Shown here piece by piece: positions 1 to 8,857 of a DNA stretch of 64,000 nt. The translations under genes were made by a program, and so were the position numbers. Location: NCBI GenBank assembly GCA_030592015.1, contig JAUUZY010000002.1, positions 8,838-72,837 on the forward strand. Reading direction: 5' to 3'. Position 1 is the stretch's first letter. Each line of letters begins with the position of its first letter. The stretch is from Candidatus Peregrinibacteria bacterium. GTDB lineage: Bacteria; Patescibacteriota; Gracilibacteria; UBA1369; LOWO2-01-FULL-3. The notes under the pieces were generated by a model, which did no database searches, was not told the DNA's origin, and was given only the letters and a program-made list of their open reading frames with translations.

Positions 1-977
1 AAGCTGGAAACATTGAGATACCTGATAATCAAGTCTTGTTCTGCTCCGCGAATATAATAATTGTAGATGTGTTGGGCAGTTATGAGAAAATTCAACGCAA
101 TGAAAGATATTAGAAAATATCGTATGTTTTTCATTGCTTTGCTTTTGTCTTTGCCTATGTTGCTAACGAAAATAACTAGTGGCACGAAGAATGTTGCTAT
201 TATTAGGCTGTTTAATTGGTTTTTGAGAGCTTTGCCTAGGAGTAATATGTTTCTGGGCTCGCTAAGGCTGGCGATTTTTTGGTATAGATTTTGTCCAATT
301 TCCGGGATGAACATTTGAAGAACAAAGAAAAGGGCGGCTATTGTTAGTATGAAAATGATTGTTGCTGTTGTTTTCTTTTTTGTGTGTATGAATTCATTGA
401 TTCCCATTGCCAGTAGAAGAATGAACCCGAATGGTCTGATAAATATGCTGAGTATTGCTATTATTAGAGCTATTGTTTTGTTTGCTTTGTTTTTTCCGAA
501 TGACTCTATGTAGAAAAACAGGAACCAAATGGATGTTATGAGGAAGAGATTTTCGCTCATTAGCATTTTTTCATATAGAAGAACTTGTGAGATGAAAAGT
601 AGAACGAAAGTATATAAAAATGTTGTTTTTTCTTTTTTTATAAATTTTGTGAGTATTTGAAATATTGGGAAAACTAATGTGGAAGTTAGGATTGCGTTGA
701 AGATTAATGTTAGCTTGAATGCCAATATGTTTTTGGAAAATAAGTATATTGGAGCTAGTAAGATTGAATATAATGGAAATGGATCACCCGCTGGCATGTG
801 GGCGATTTCTCCGCAGTTCCTTAATGCGAGATGTTCTGCAAAGAAGCTTGCTTTCTGGATGATACAACTTTCATCCGGATATACTATTATGTTCTTTATA
901 AATAGGCTTAAAAAAACTTTTACCAGTAGAATTCCGAGAAAAAATAAAAGCAGCTTTTTTTTCGTTTTTTTTGTCAA
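1..977 (-). CDS. Multi-pass membrane protein, probable GT-C fold (ArnT/PMT-like) glycosyltransferase, truncated by the window edge
   Basis: Not in ORF track. Manual translation from TTG at 977: MTKKTKKKLLLFFLGILLVKVFLSLFIKNIIVYPDESCIIQKASFF...GDPFPLYSILLAPIYLF. First TM helix followed by a PDE acidic motif and a PLY motif, typical of GT-C enzymes; further hydrophobic segments follow; adjacent to a glycan locus. Confidence 0.6.
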   Translation of the reverse strand, partial: MTKKTKKKLLLFFLGILLVKVFLSLFIKNIIVYPDESCIIQKASFFAEHLALRNCGEIAHMPAGDPFPLYSILLAPIYLFSKNILAFKLTLIFNAILTSTLVFPIFQILTKFIKKEKTTFLYTFVLLFISQVLLYEKMLMSENLFLITSIWFLFFYIESFGKNKANKTIALIIAILSIFIRPFGFILLLAMGINEFIHTKKKTTATIIFILTIAALFFVLQMFIPEIGQNLYQKIASLSEPRNILLLGKALKNQLNSLIIATFFVPLVIFVSNIGKDKSKAMKNIRYFLISFIALNFLITAQHIYNYYIRGAEQDLIIRYLNVSS

Positions 978-1045
978 AGGAAGAGTTTAAAAAAATCCCT
1001 TTATATATAACATTTTTGGGGATATAACTCAACGATCTGAAATGT

Positions 1046-1576
1046 CTATTCTGATGGTTCTTCTTTAGGTTTTTCTTCAGTTACTATGTTTGTCACACCT
1101 GATTCATCTTTGACATAGTTTTCTTCAGGGGTTTGTGCTTCATTTTGATCTATAGATAATGTTCCTTCTTCTGAAACTCCTTGTACTGTTCTATATCCTA
1201 CGTACATTAATATGACTACAATTAGCGGTATTAGAACTATTTTTACGATTGTGAGTGTTTTTATTTTTGGTTTAGTTTGCGTCACTGCTATTGTTGTCGC
1301 TACTGGTGCTGGTTTAACTGTAGGAACTGCAGTATTTGTTGTTGTTGCCGCTGGCATTGTTGTTGTTTGAACTGCTGTTTGTGAAGTTGTAGTAATTGTA
1401 GGTGCAGGGGTAGAGCTTGGTGCTGGCGTAGCTGTAGGTGCTTGAGCTGCTTGTGGCGCTTTATCTGGCACTGTTACCGTAGGTGCCGAGACGGGTGCAA
1501 CTGGTTGTGCCGGAGTTGTAATTCCAGTTTCACTAGTTGATTGTATTCCCTGATTGTTTGGATTCGTTTCTTGCAT
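1046..1576 (-). CDS. Pro/Thr/Ala-rich low-complexity protein with a single TM helix near the C-terminus
   Basis: 176 aa; PT/PA-rich N-terminal ~100 aa; TM IVKIVLIPLIVVILMYVGY; acidic tail; extended -10 TGTGCTAAAAT upstream on the minus strand. Confidence 0.7.
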   Translation of the reverse strand: MQETNPNNQGIQSTSETGITTPAQPVAPVSAPTVTVPDKAPQAAQAPTATPAPSSTPAPTITTTSQTAVQTTTMPAATTTNTAVPTVKPAPVATTIAVTQTKPKIKTLTIVKIVLIPLIVVILMYVGYRTVQGVSEEGTLSIDQNEAQTPEENYVKDESGVTNIVTEEKPKEEPSE

Positions 1577-1679
1577 AATATAGTTTTCCCTTTATTTTAG
1601 CACAATATGGGCATTTATTCAATCCGAATACTTGAGTATTTGTAAGTTTATAGAGTTATTTATGCTATTTTTTTGAAAA

Positions 1680-2849
1680 TTGAAGATTTACTTGAATAAC
1701 TTTGAGGTTTTGGCGAAAAAAGCACTTTTAGTATCGGAATCCTCAGTTTATAAGGACGATGGGGATAATCTAGTTGCCAGAGGGGGAGGAGCGGTTTGTT
1801 TTCATAATATAGCCAAAACTCTTGTTAGCCTTGGGATTGAGCCTACTGTTTTTTCTATTAGGGAATTCAAGGAGCAAAAGGTTGATGAAATTATTGATGG
1901 AGTTCTTTATAGAAGGATGGATGTTAAGTCTAGGTCCTCGTTTAAATTGGTGAAATATCTCAAAAAGGCTTTGAAGGATTCTAGAGATTATGATTTCGTT
2001 TTCCTTAATCAATTTAGCCCTCATTTGATTTTGCCGTGGCTCAAAAAGAAGCACAGTGTGGCTGTTATTCATGATGTTTATAAAAACAACGAGTCTGTCT
2101 TTTGGTTTAGGCAGTTTGGCCTTTTTACCGGATTTTTTGGTCGTTTTGTTGAGAGGTTGCAGCTTCGATTTGACAAGAAGTATGCGAGTAAAATTATGAC
2201 TGTCTCAAATGGAAGTGCTGAGAAAATTCTTGGTGTTTTGGGTGAATCTGTTGAAGAAAAAATAGTTATAAATCCTTATCCTATTGATTCTGATGATTAT
2301 ATTTCAGATATGGAAAAGGAGAATTTCATTTTGTTTGTTGGGAGATTTATTGGGTACAAGCATCCGGAGCATGTTTTGAAGGCGATCAAAAAGATAAAAG
2401 AGAAATATCCTGATTATAAGGCTGTGTTTGTTGTGCCGAGGGAGTATAAGAAAATTAAGTCCTTGTTTGATCAGTGCAAAAAAGACTTGGGTCTTAGTTC
2501 TGAGGATGTTATTTGCAAAGAATGTTGTACTGCTGATGAACTTAAGCAACTTTTGGCGAAGGCAAAGGTTTTGGTACAGCCTTCTTATGTTGAAGGACAA
2601 GGAATAATTATTTTGGAGGCATTAGCTTCCGGGACTCCTGTGGTTGCCTATGATCTTGAGGCATATGATGGAATGCTATTGGATGGAAAAAATTCTCTAC
2701 TTGTTGAAAAGGGGGATGTCGATGGTTTTGCGGACTCCTGTATCAAACTATTGGAAAATTATCAGGAATATAGAAATAATTGTCATATATCTCTGAATGA
2801 TTTTTCTCGTGAAGGATTTGTTAATTCTATGAAAGAACTACTGACTTAA
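1680..2849 (+). CDS. Glycosyltransferase family 4 (GT-B)
   Basis: ILFVGRF..YK, PSYVEGQGIIILEALASGTPVVA (EX7E motif); start codon uncertain. Confidence 0.9.
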   Translation: MKIYLNNFEVLAKKALLVSESSVYKDDGDNLVARGGGAVCFHNIAKTLVSLGIEPTVFSIREFKEQKVDEIIDGVLYRRMDVKSRSSFKLVKYLKKALKDSRDYDFVFLNQFSPHLILPWLKKKHSVAVIHDVYKNNESVFWFRQFGLFTGFFGRFVERLQLRFDKKYASKIMTVSNGSAEKILGVLGESVEEKIVINPYPIDSDDYISDMEKENFILFVGRFIGYKHPEHVLKAIKKIKEKYPDYKAVFVVPREYKKIKSLFDQCKKDLGLSSEDVICKECCTADELKQLLAKAKVLVQPSYVEGQGIIILEALASGTPVVAYDLEAYDGMLLDGKNSLLVEKGDVDGFADSCIKLLENYQEYRNNCHISLNDFSREGFVNSMKELLT

Positions 2850-3900
2850 ATGCATCTATTGCTTTTCTAGCTGTAGATTCCCAGTTTAGTTTTTTTGCGT
2901 GACTAAGTCCTTTTTCCTTTAATTCTTTTCTAAGTTCTTGATTGCCTAGAAGTCTTTTTATGTGAGTTTTGAGTAATTCTTTGTCATTTGGATCGAATAG
3001 GAGAGCTTTGTTTTTATAGATTTCTTTTAGACTTCCTCCTGTTGATGAGATGACTGGGATTCCATAGTTCATGGCTTCAAGTGGTGGTATTCCGAAGCCT
3101 TCATAAAAAGATGGATATATGAAAATGTCTGCATGAGCAATCCAAGAGTTTTTTTCTTCTTCGCTTATGTATCCTGTGAGAATTATGTCTTTGTTTGATG
3201 CTTTTTTGAGGATTTCTTTTGTTTTCCATCCGATTCCGCCTGCTAGTACTAGTTTATGTGGAATGTTTTTCTCTTTTTTTAGTTCGAGGAATGCATCTAT
3301 TAGTGTTCCCAGGTTTTTTCTGGGTTCTATGGTTCCTAGACATAGGAGGTATGGTTCTTTTATCTCAGGTTTTCCGGGAAAAAGTTTAGGCTTATTTACT
3401 CCTGCATAGATTGCTTTGATTGGAGCGGATGTTTTGTAGTGTTTTTCTATGTCTTTTTTTGTGTTTTCTGATGGTGTGAGTATTAGGTCTGCGTTTCTTA
3501 GTATGCGGGGGAGTAATAGTTTGTGAGTACGTGGACTTTTTCTTATATGAAATTGTGGAAAGAGTATTGGTGTTAGGTCATGTATGAATACAGCTCTTTT
3601 TATGTTTTTGCTTAATCCAAATGGGCCAATGTGTGACGGTTCAAGCACTATGTCCGGTTTTATTGCGTTTAGTGCTTTTGGGATTAGAAAGAATTTTCTG
3701 TAGCTTTCGTAGCCTAGGCGGTTTTTTTTGGGGATTATTATGTGGTTTTTGTCTTTGAAAAAATTATTTTCTTTACGGTGAATGAAGGTGTATTTATTTT
3801 CTGTATCTAGTTTCAACAATGATTCTATCAGGTTTTTTGTGTAGAAGTGCACGCCTGCGCTTTGGTTGTCTATCGGGTCTGCGAGTATGACTATGTGCAT
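2827..3900 (-). CDS. Glycosyltransferase family 4 (mannosyltransferase MtfB/WbdB-like)
   Basis: IHDLTP, LGTIEPRKNL, YPSFYEGFGIPPLEAM motifs. Confidence 0.9.
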   Translation of the reverse strand: MHIVILADPIDNQSAGVHFYTKNLIESLLKLDTENKYTFIHRKENNFFKDKNHIIIPKKNRLGYESYRKFFLIPKALNAIKPDIVLEPSHIGPFGLSKNIKRAVFIHDLTPILFPQFHIRKSPRTHKLLLPRILRNADLILTPSENTKKDIEKHYKTSAPIKAIYAGVNKPKLFPGKPEIKEPYLLCLGTIEPRKNLGTLIDAFLELKKEKNIPHKLVLAGGIGWKTKEILKKASNKDIILTGYISEEEKNSWIAHADIFIYPSFYEGFGIPPLEAMNYGIPVISSTGGSLKEIYKNKALLFDPNDKELLKTHIKRLLGNQELRKELKEKGLSHAKKLNWESTARKAIDAFKSVVLS

Positions 3901-3963
3901 ATGTTTAAAGATTTGCTTTAATGCGCTAAAATGTTATCGATTTTAATTTAAACCTGTTTTTTT

Positions 3964-4728
3964 GTGAAGAAAAGGACTAATAATTGGCATTTGCTTTGGG
4001 TGATTGCATTAACTGACTTCAAGATGAGATATCATGGGTCTGTTCTTGGCTATCTCTGGTCTTTGCTCAAGCCTTTGTTGCTGTTTTTGGTTTTGTATGT
4101 GGTTTTTTCTGTATTGATGAGATGGGATGTTGAAAATTATCAGTTACATCTGTTGCTTGGAATTATTCTTTGGAATTTCTTTGCTGAATCGACAAGTGCT
4201 GGGGTTCATTCTTTGCTTTCTAAGGCTTCTATTATAAAAAAGGTCTACTTTCCCAGATATTTGGTAGTTCTTGCATCTACTGTTAGTGCGTTTATTACTT
4301 TGCTTTTAAATTTATTTGTTTTTCTTTTGATCTATTTGTTTTCAGGTATGAGTTTTGACCTGACTATGCTTTTGTTTTTTGTGATTTTGTTGCTTTTGTA
4401 TTTTTTGTCTGTTGGAGCTTCACTGTTCTTAAGTGTATTACAGGTTCGATATAGGGATGTGTCTCAAATTTGGGATGTTTTGTTGCAGGCTGGATTCTTT
4501 TTGGCTCCGGTGATTTATCCTTTATCTATTGTTCCGGAAAATTATTGGAAATATTTGTATTTGAATCCTATTACGGGCATTATTGAGTATTCTAGGGATG
4601 TGTTGATTAACCATCAAATTCCTGATTTGAGTGGAACTTTGTACTTATTTTTGTTTGTTGTAGCTATCTTGCTCTTTGGATCTTTTATTTTTAAAAAACT
4701 TGTAAAATCAATAGCTGAAAAAATTTAA
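3964..4728 (+). CDS. wzm: ABC-2 polysaccharide export permease (Wzm/RfbA)
   Basis: DFKMRYHGSVLGYLWSLLKPL, IKKVYFPR, RDV..IW, PVIYP, LNP motifs; six TM segments. Confidence 0.9.
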   Translation: MKKRTNNWHLLWVIALTDFKMRYHGSVLGYLWSLLKPLLLFLVLYVVFSVLMRWDVENYQLHLLLGIILWNFFAESTSAGVHSLLSKASIIKKVYFPRYLVVLASTVSAFITLLLNLFVFLLIYLFSGMSFDLTMLLFFVILLLLYFLSVGASLFLSVLQVRYRDVSQIWDVLLQAGFFLAPVIYPLSIVPENYWKYLYLNPITGIIEYSRDVLINHQIPDLSGTLYLFLFVVAILLFGSFIFKKLVKSIAEKI

Positions 4729-5447
4729 TGGAAGCTGTAAAAGTAAACAATTTGGTTAAGAAATTCAAAATTCCTCATTTGAGGAGGGATACTGTGCGTG
4801 AAGGTTTTGTGAATATTTTTAATAGGCCCAGATATGAAGTTTTTAATGCGGTTGATGATTTGTCTTTTTCTTTGGAGGAGGGGGGATTTCTTGGAGTTAT
4901 AGGAAAAAATGGGAGTGGTAAATCTACTTTGTTGAAGATTTTGGCTGGAGTGTATGAGCCTAGTAGTGGAGAGGTTTCTACTGTTGGTAGAGTCGCTCCT
5001 TTTTTGGAATTGGGAGTTGGATTTAATTCTGAACTTTCAGGAAGGGATAATGTTTATCTAAGTGGGACAATCCTTGGCCTGACTAAGCGTGAAATTGCTG
5101 AAAAATATGATAAAATTGTTGAATTTGCGGAGTTGGAGAGATTTATGGACCAACAGTTGAAAAATTATTCTTCTGGGATGTATGTGAGATTGGCATTTGC
5201 GATTGCGATGCAGTCAGATGCGGATATTTTCTTGTTGGATGAGGTTTTGGCAGTTGGTGATAAGGATTTTCAGGATAAGTGCTATGCGAAATTTATGAAC
5301 TTGAAAAAAAATGCCAAGACGGTAGTGTACGTAACCCATAACCTTGATTCGGTTAAAGATTTTTGTGATAGTGTTCTGTACATGAAGGATGGAAAAATGG
5401 AGGGGATGGGTAGTTCGGAGGAAATGATTAATTTATATCTATCGTAA
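4728..5447 (+). CDS. wzt: ABC polysaccharide export ATPase (Wzt), no C-terminal carbohydrate-binding domain
   Basis: Walker A GKNGSGKST, signature YSSGM, Walker B LLDEVLAVGD; 239 aa; coupled to wzm by a TAATG overlap. Confidence 0.92.
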   Translation: MEAVKVNNLVKKFKIPHLRRDTVREGFVNIFNRPRYEVFNAVDDLSFSLEEGGFLGVIGKNGSGKSTLLKILAGVYEPSSGEVSTVGRVAPFLELGVGFNSELSGRDNVYLSGTILGLTKREIAEKYDKIVEFAELERFMDQQLKNYSSGMYVRLAFAIAMQSDADIFLLDEVLAVGDKDFQDKCYAKFMNLKKNAKTVVYVTHNLDSVKDFCDSVLYMKDGKMEGMGSSEEMINLYLS

Positions 5448-5448
5448 A

Positions 5449-6489
5449 ATGAACAATTTTGATTTAACAGCTGAGGAGATATTGGAAAAGCTTGATGGTG
5501 ATGTCCATAGGCTTAGAGCAAAACCGAGGGATAGAGATTATGATCTTCCATCGTTTGATCATTTGGGAAGCTTGAATGATAAATGGAATTTACCGCCTTC
5601 TCATAGGAAGGGGCCGATAAAACGGTTTGCAGATTTTGCTTTGAGGAAACTTTTCTTGGTTGTGAAAAATTTTATGGGTGGGATTGTTAGTTCTCAAGAA
5701 AGTTATAATGAAAAGGTTGCTTCTCAGTTTGCTACTGTGACTGAGAGTATTAAGCTTGAGAGTGAAAGAGTTGATTCTGAAGTGTCTGACCTGCGTGAGA
5801 GTATTGCTGCGGTTGTGGCCAAGGACGATGTCTCTATTGATTATTTTAAATTTGAAAATAAATTTCGTGGTTCTGAGGAGAAAATTATGGAAATGCAGAG
5901 AAAGTATCTGAAATATTTTGAAGGGGTGGAGAATGTTTTGGATATTGGTTGTGGAAGAGGTGAATTTTTGAGGTTACTGAAGGAGAAAGGAATTTCTTCT
6001 AAGGGGATTGATATTAATGCGACTTTTGTTGACCATTGTATTAAGGCTAATTCTAATGTTGAGTTTGTTGATGCTAATTCGTATTTGATTGGGCTCGAGG
6101 ATGATTCTTTGGACGGTATTACAGCTTTTCAGGTGATTGAGCATCTTGATAAAAAATATTTAATTGATTTGATTACTCTTTGTTATAAAAAGCTTAAGAA
6201 AGGGGCTTGCCTGGTTTTTGAAACTCCAAATCCGAAAGCATTATCTGTCTTTGTTAATTCCTTTTATATTGATTTGTCGCACAAGAATCCAATTCATCCT
6301 CAAGCTTTGTTGTTTTTGATGGAATCTCAGGGTTTCACTGAAGCTGAAATTGCATACACTTCTTTTGTTAAGGGTGATGATATGTTGAAATATGGTGATA
6401 TTGACGATGAAGCTTATAGAAAAAATGTTGATATGCTCAACAATATTCTCTATGGTCCTCAGGATTATGCTGTAATTGTTAGAAAATAG
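5449..6489 (+). CDS. Class I SAM-dependent methyltransferase with N-terminal helical/coiled-coil region (possible glycan chain cap)
   Basis: VLDIGCGRGEFL SAM motif, QVIEHL, FETPNP; YFKFENKFRGS motif seen in glycan-locus methyltransferases. Confidence 0.85.
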   Translation: MNNFDLTAEEILEKLDGDVHRLRAKPRDRDYDLPSFDHLGSLNDKWNLPPSHRKGPIKRFADFALRKLFLVVKNFMGGIVSSQESYNEKVASQFATVTESIKLESERVDSEVSDLRESIAAVVAKDDVSIDYFKFENKFRGSEEKIMEMQRKYLKYFEGVENVLDIGCGRGEFLRLLKEKGISSKGIDINATFVDHCIKANSNVEFVDANSYLIGLEDDSLDGITAFQVIEHLDKKYLIDLITLCYKKLKKGACLVFETPNPKALSVFVNSFYIDLSHKNPIHPQALLFLMESQGFTEAEIAYTSFVKGDDMLKYGDIDDEAYRKNVDMLNNILYGPQDYAVIVRK

Positions 6490-6490
6490 A

Positions 6491-8857
6491 ATGAAAAATA
6501 TGAAGATAGCTATTGTTGCACCGAATCCTGTTCCATATTGTTATGGTGGTGCTGAAGCTCTTTTAGATGGGCTTATTGGTTATTTAAAAGAAAACACTTC
6601 TCATAGTGTGGAATTGATTAAATTGGATAGTCTGGAGAGTGATTTTTGGAATCTTGTCTATAATTATAAACAGTTTGCGGAGCTTGATTTGTCACGTTTT
6701 GATCTTGTTCTTTCGACAAAATATCCGGCATGGATGGTTAATCATCCTAATCATATTTGTTATTTACTGCACACTTTGCGAGGATTGTATGATACTTATT
6801 CTTTTGCCGATTTGCCTGAAAAAGTTGAAGAATATTCTGAAGAATTGAATGGAGTTTTTGATTTGATTAGGTCTGAGCAGTATTCTAGGAATAATTTCTT
6901 TAGGGTTTTGGAATTATTGGAGATAAATAGGGAGTTGATTGAAAGTCTTGAGCTTAGCGTTTTTCCTGGGCCTTTTATTCGTGAATTAATACATTTTTTT
7001 GATAAATGTGGGTATGTTGGTGTTAAAAAATTCTTTTGTATTTCTGAGACTGTGAAGGGGAGGGCTGACTATTTTTTGGAATCTAATTCTCCTGAATGCG
7101 TTTATCCTGCTACCTATCTGAGTGGGTATAAATGTGAAGAATTTAAATATTTTCTTGCTGTTTCTCGTTTGGAAAGTCATAAAAGAGTATATTCTATTAT
7201 TGTGCAGTTCAAGAAATCAACGACAGATAGAAGGCTTTTGATTGTTGGGACTGGTGGGTGTGAAGAAGAGCTTAAGGATTTGGCCAAAGATGATGATCGA
7301 ATAGAGTTTTTGGGATTTGTGGATGGAGAGAAATTGTTGGATCTTTATGCGAATTGTTTGGCGGTTATTTTTACTCCGTATGATGAAGATTATGGGCTTG
7401 TTACTATTGAGGCAATGAAGAGCAAGAAGCCTGTTTTGACATTGAAGGATAGTGGTGGAGTATTAGAGTTTGTGGATAATGAGAAAACTGGATTTGTTTG
7501 TGAGGAGGATGATTTATACGAAAAAATAGATTATATATCTGAGTATCCTGATAAGGCTAAGTCCATGGGGTTAGCTGCATGTGAAAAGGTGAAAGGTATT
7601 AGTTGGGAGAATGTTTATGAGAAGATTTTAAATTCTGAGGATTGTAAAAGGAAGAAGATTTTGGTTCTTAATACTTATTCTGTCTATCCGGTTCGTGGTG
7701 GTGGACAACTTCGTGTTTGGAGTCTTTATAAGAGATTGGCAGAAAAACATGATGTAACCTTATTATCCTTGGTTGGCGTTGATGAGCTGTCGGATGATCG
7801 GTTTATTTCTTCTGGTTTAAGGGAAGTGTTGGTTAAGGAAAATTATGAGCAGGCTTCTAAGAGGGGGGATCTTGAAGGAAAAGTAGGAAGGGGATTATTT
7901 GATTTGATGAATATTTATAATAGTGATTTGAATGAAGAATATCTTGAGCAATTTAAAAAACTTTCTAGAGATGTTGATGTGATTGTTTTTAGTCATCCTT
8001 ATATGGGAAAATTGTATGATTTGATTGAGGATGTAGATAACAAAAAAATAATTTTTGGGTCTCATAATGTTGAATATTTGTTAAAGAAAGACATTTATGG
8101 AGATGGTGCTGTATCTGAGGAGATAATTGAAGATCTTAAAGAGATGGAAGCGAGTATAGCTGGAAAATCTGACTGCATTACTGTTGTTTCTCAGGAGCAT
8201 GCTGAAAGTTATGTGAAGGATCTTGGGATTTCTAGAGATAAGATTGTTATTGTTCCGAATGGTGTGGATAACGATTTGATTAACTTTACTAGGCCTGATG
8301 AGAGGAGAGCTTTGAAAAATAGGATAGAGATTCCTAAAGAGATTCCGGTTTGTTTTTTTGTTGGTAGTTGGCATCAACCTAATATTGAGTCTTTGAAGTT
8401 TCTTTTGGGGGTCGCAAAGCAATTGCCTGATGTTTTGTTTTTTGTTGTGGGTAGTGTTTGCGATGGACTTATAGAGGAGTTGGGAACGAGAGAAGAGTTG
8501 CCAAAAAATCTTAAACTTTTTGCTGTTGTGAATGATGAAATAAAAAACAAATTACTTTCTATGAGCGATATAGCTTTAAATCCAATGTTTAGTGGTTCTG
8601 GTACGAATTTGAAAATATTTGAGTATATGAGTGCCGGTATTCCTGTTATTACTACCAAATTTGGGGCGAGAGGTATGGATGTTCAGGATGGTAAGGAAGT
8701 GTTTTTTGCTGAGAATGAAGAAGAGTTTTTGGAAAAAATCAGATTTGTTGTGGCAGGCCTGGATAAATTAGATGATCTTAAGGAGAGGGCGCGAAAATAT
8801 GTTGAGGAAAATTTTGATTGGGATGGAATTGCTAAAAAATTATTAAATCTAATTTAG
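6491..8857 (+). CDS. Two-domain glycosyltransferase (tandem GT4 modules)
   Basis: GGAE...EDYGLVTIEAMKSKKPV (first module) and GGGQLR...GSGTNLKIFEYMSAGIPVITT (second module); ATG at 6491 (or 6500) preferred over TTG 6476. Confidence 0.9.
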   Translation: MKNMKIAIVAPNPVPYCYGGAEALLDGLIGYLKENTSHSVELIKLDSLESDFWNLVYNYKQFAELDLSRFDLVLSTKYPAWMVNHPNHICYLLHTLRGLYDTYSFADLPEKVEEYSEELNGVFDLIRSEQYSRNNFFRVLELLEINRELIESLELSVFPGPFIRELIHFFDKCGYVGVKKFFCISETVKGRADYFLESNSPECVYPATYLSGYKCEEFKYFLAVSRLESHKRVYSIIVQFKKSTTDRRLLIVGTGGCEEELKDLAKDDDRIEFLGFVDGEKLLDLYANCLAVIFTPYDEDYGLVTIEAMKSKKPVLTLKDSGGVLEFVDNEKTGFVCEEDDLYEKIDYISEYPDKAKSMGLAACEKVKGISWENVYEKILNSEDCKRKKILVLNTYSVYPVRGGGQLRVWSLYKRLAEKHDVTLLSLVGVDELSDDRFISSGLREVLVKENYEQASKRGDLEGKVGRGLFDLMNIYNSDLNEEYLEQFKKLSRDVDVIVFSHPYMGKLYDLIEDVDNKKIIFGSHNVEYLLKKDIYGDGAVSEEIIEDLKEMEASIAGKSDCITVVSQEHAESYVKDLGISRDKIVIVPNGVDNDLINFTRPDERRALKNRIEIPKEIPVCFFVGSWHQPNIESLKFLLGVAKQLPDVLFFVVGSVCDGLIEELGTREELPKNLKLFAVVNDEIKNKLLSMSDIALNPMFSGSGTNLKIFEYMSAGIPVITTKFGARGMDVQDGKEVFFAENEEEFLEKIRFVVAGLDKLDDLKERARKYVEENFDWDGIAKKLLNLI

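Noticed and set aside
67..990. Plus-strand ORFs 67..318 and 679..990
   Set aside because: Antisense shadows of the long minus-strand membrane-protein frame (1..977)
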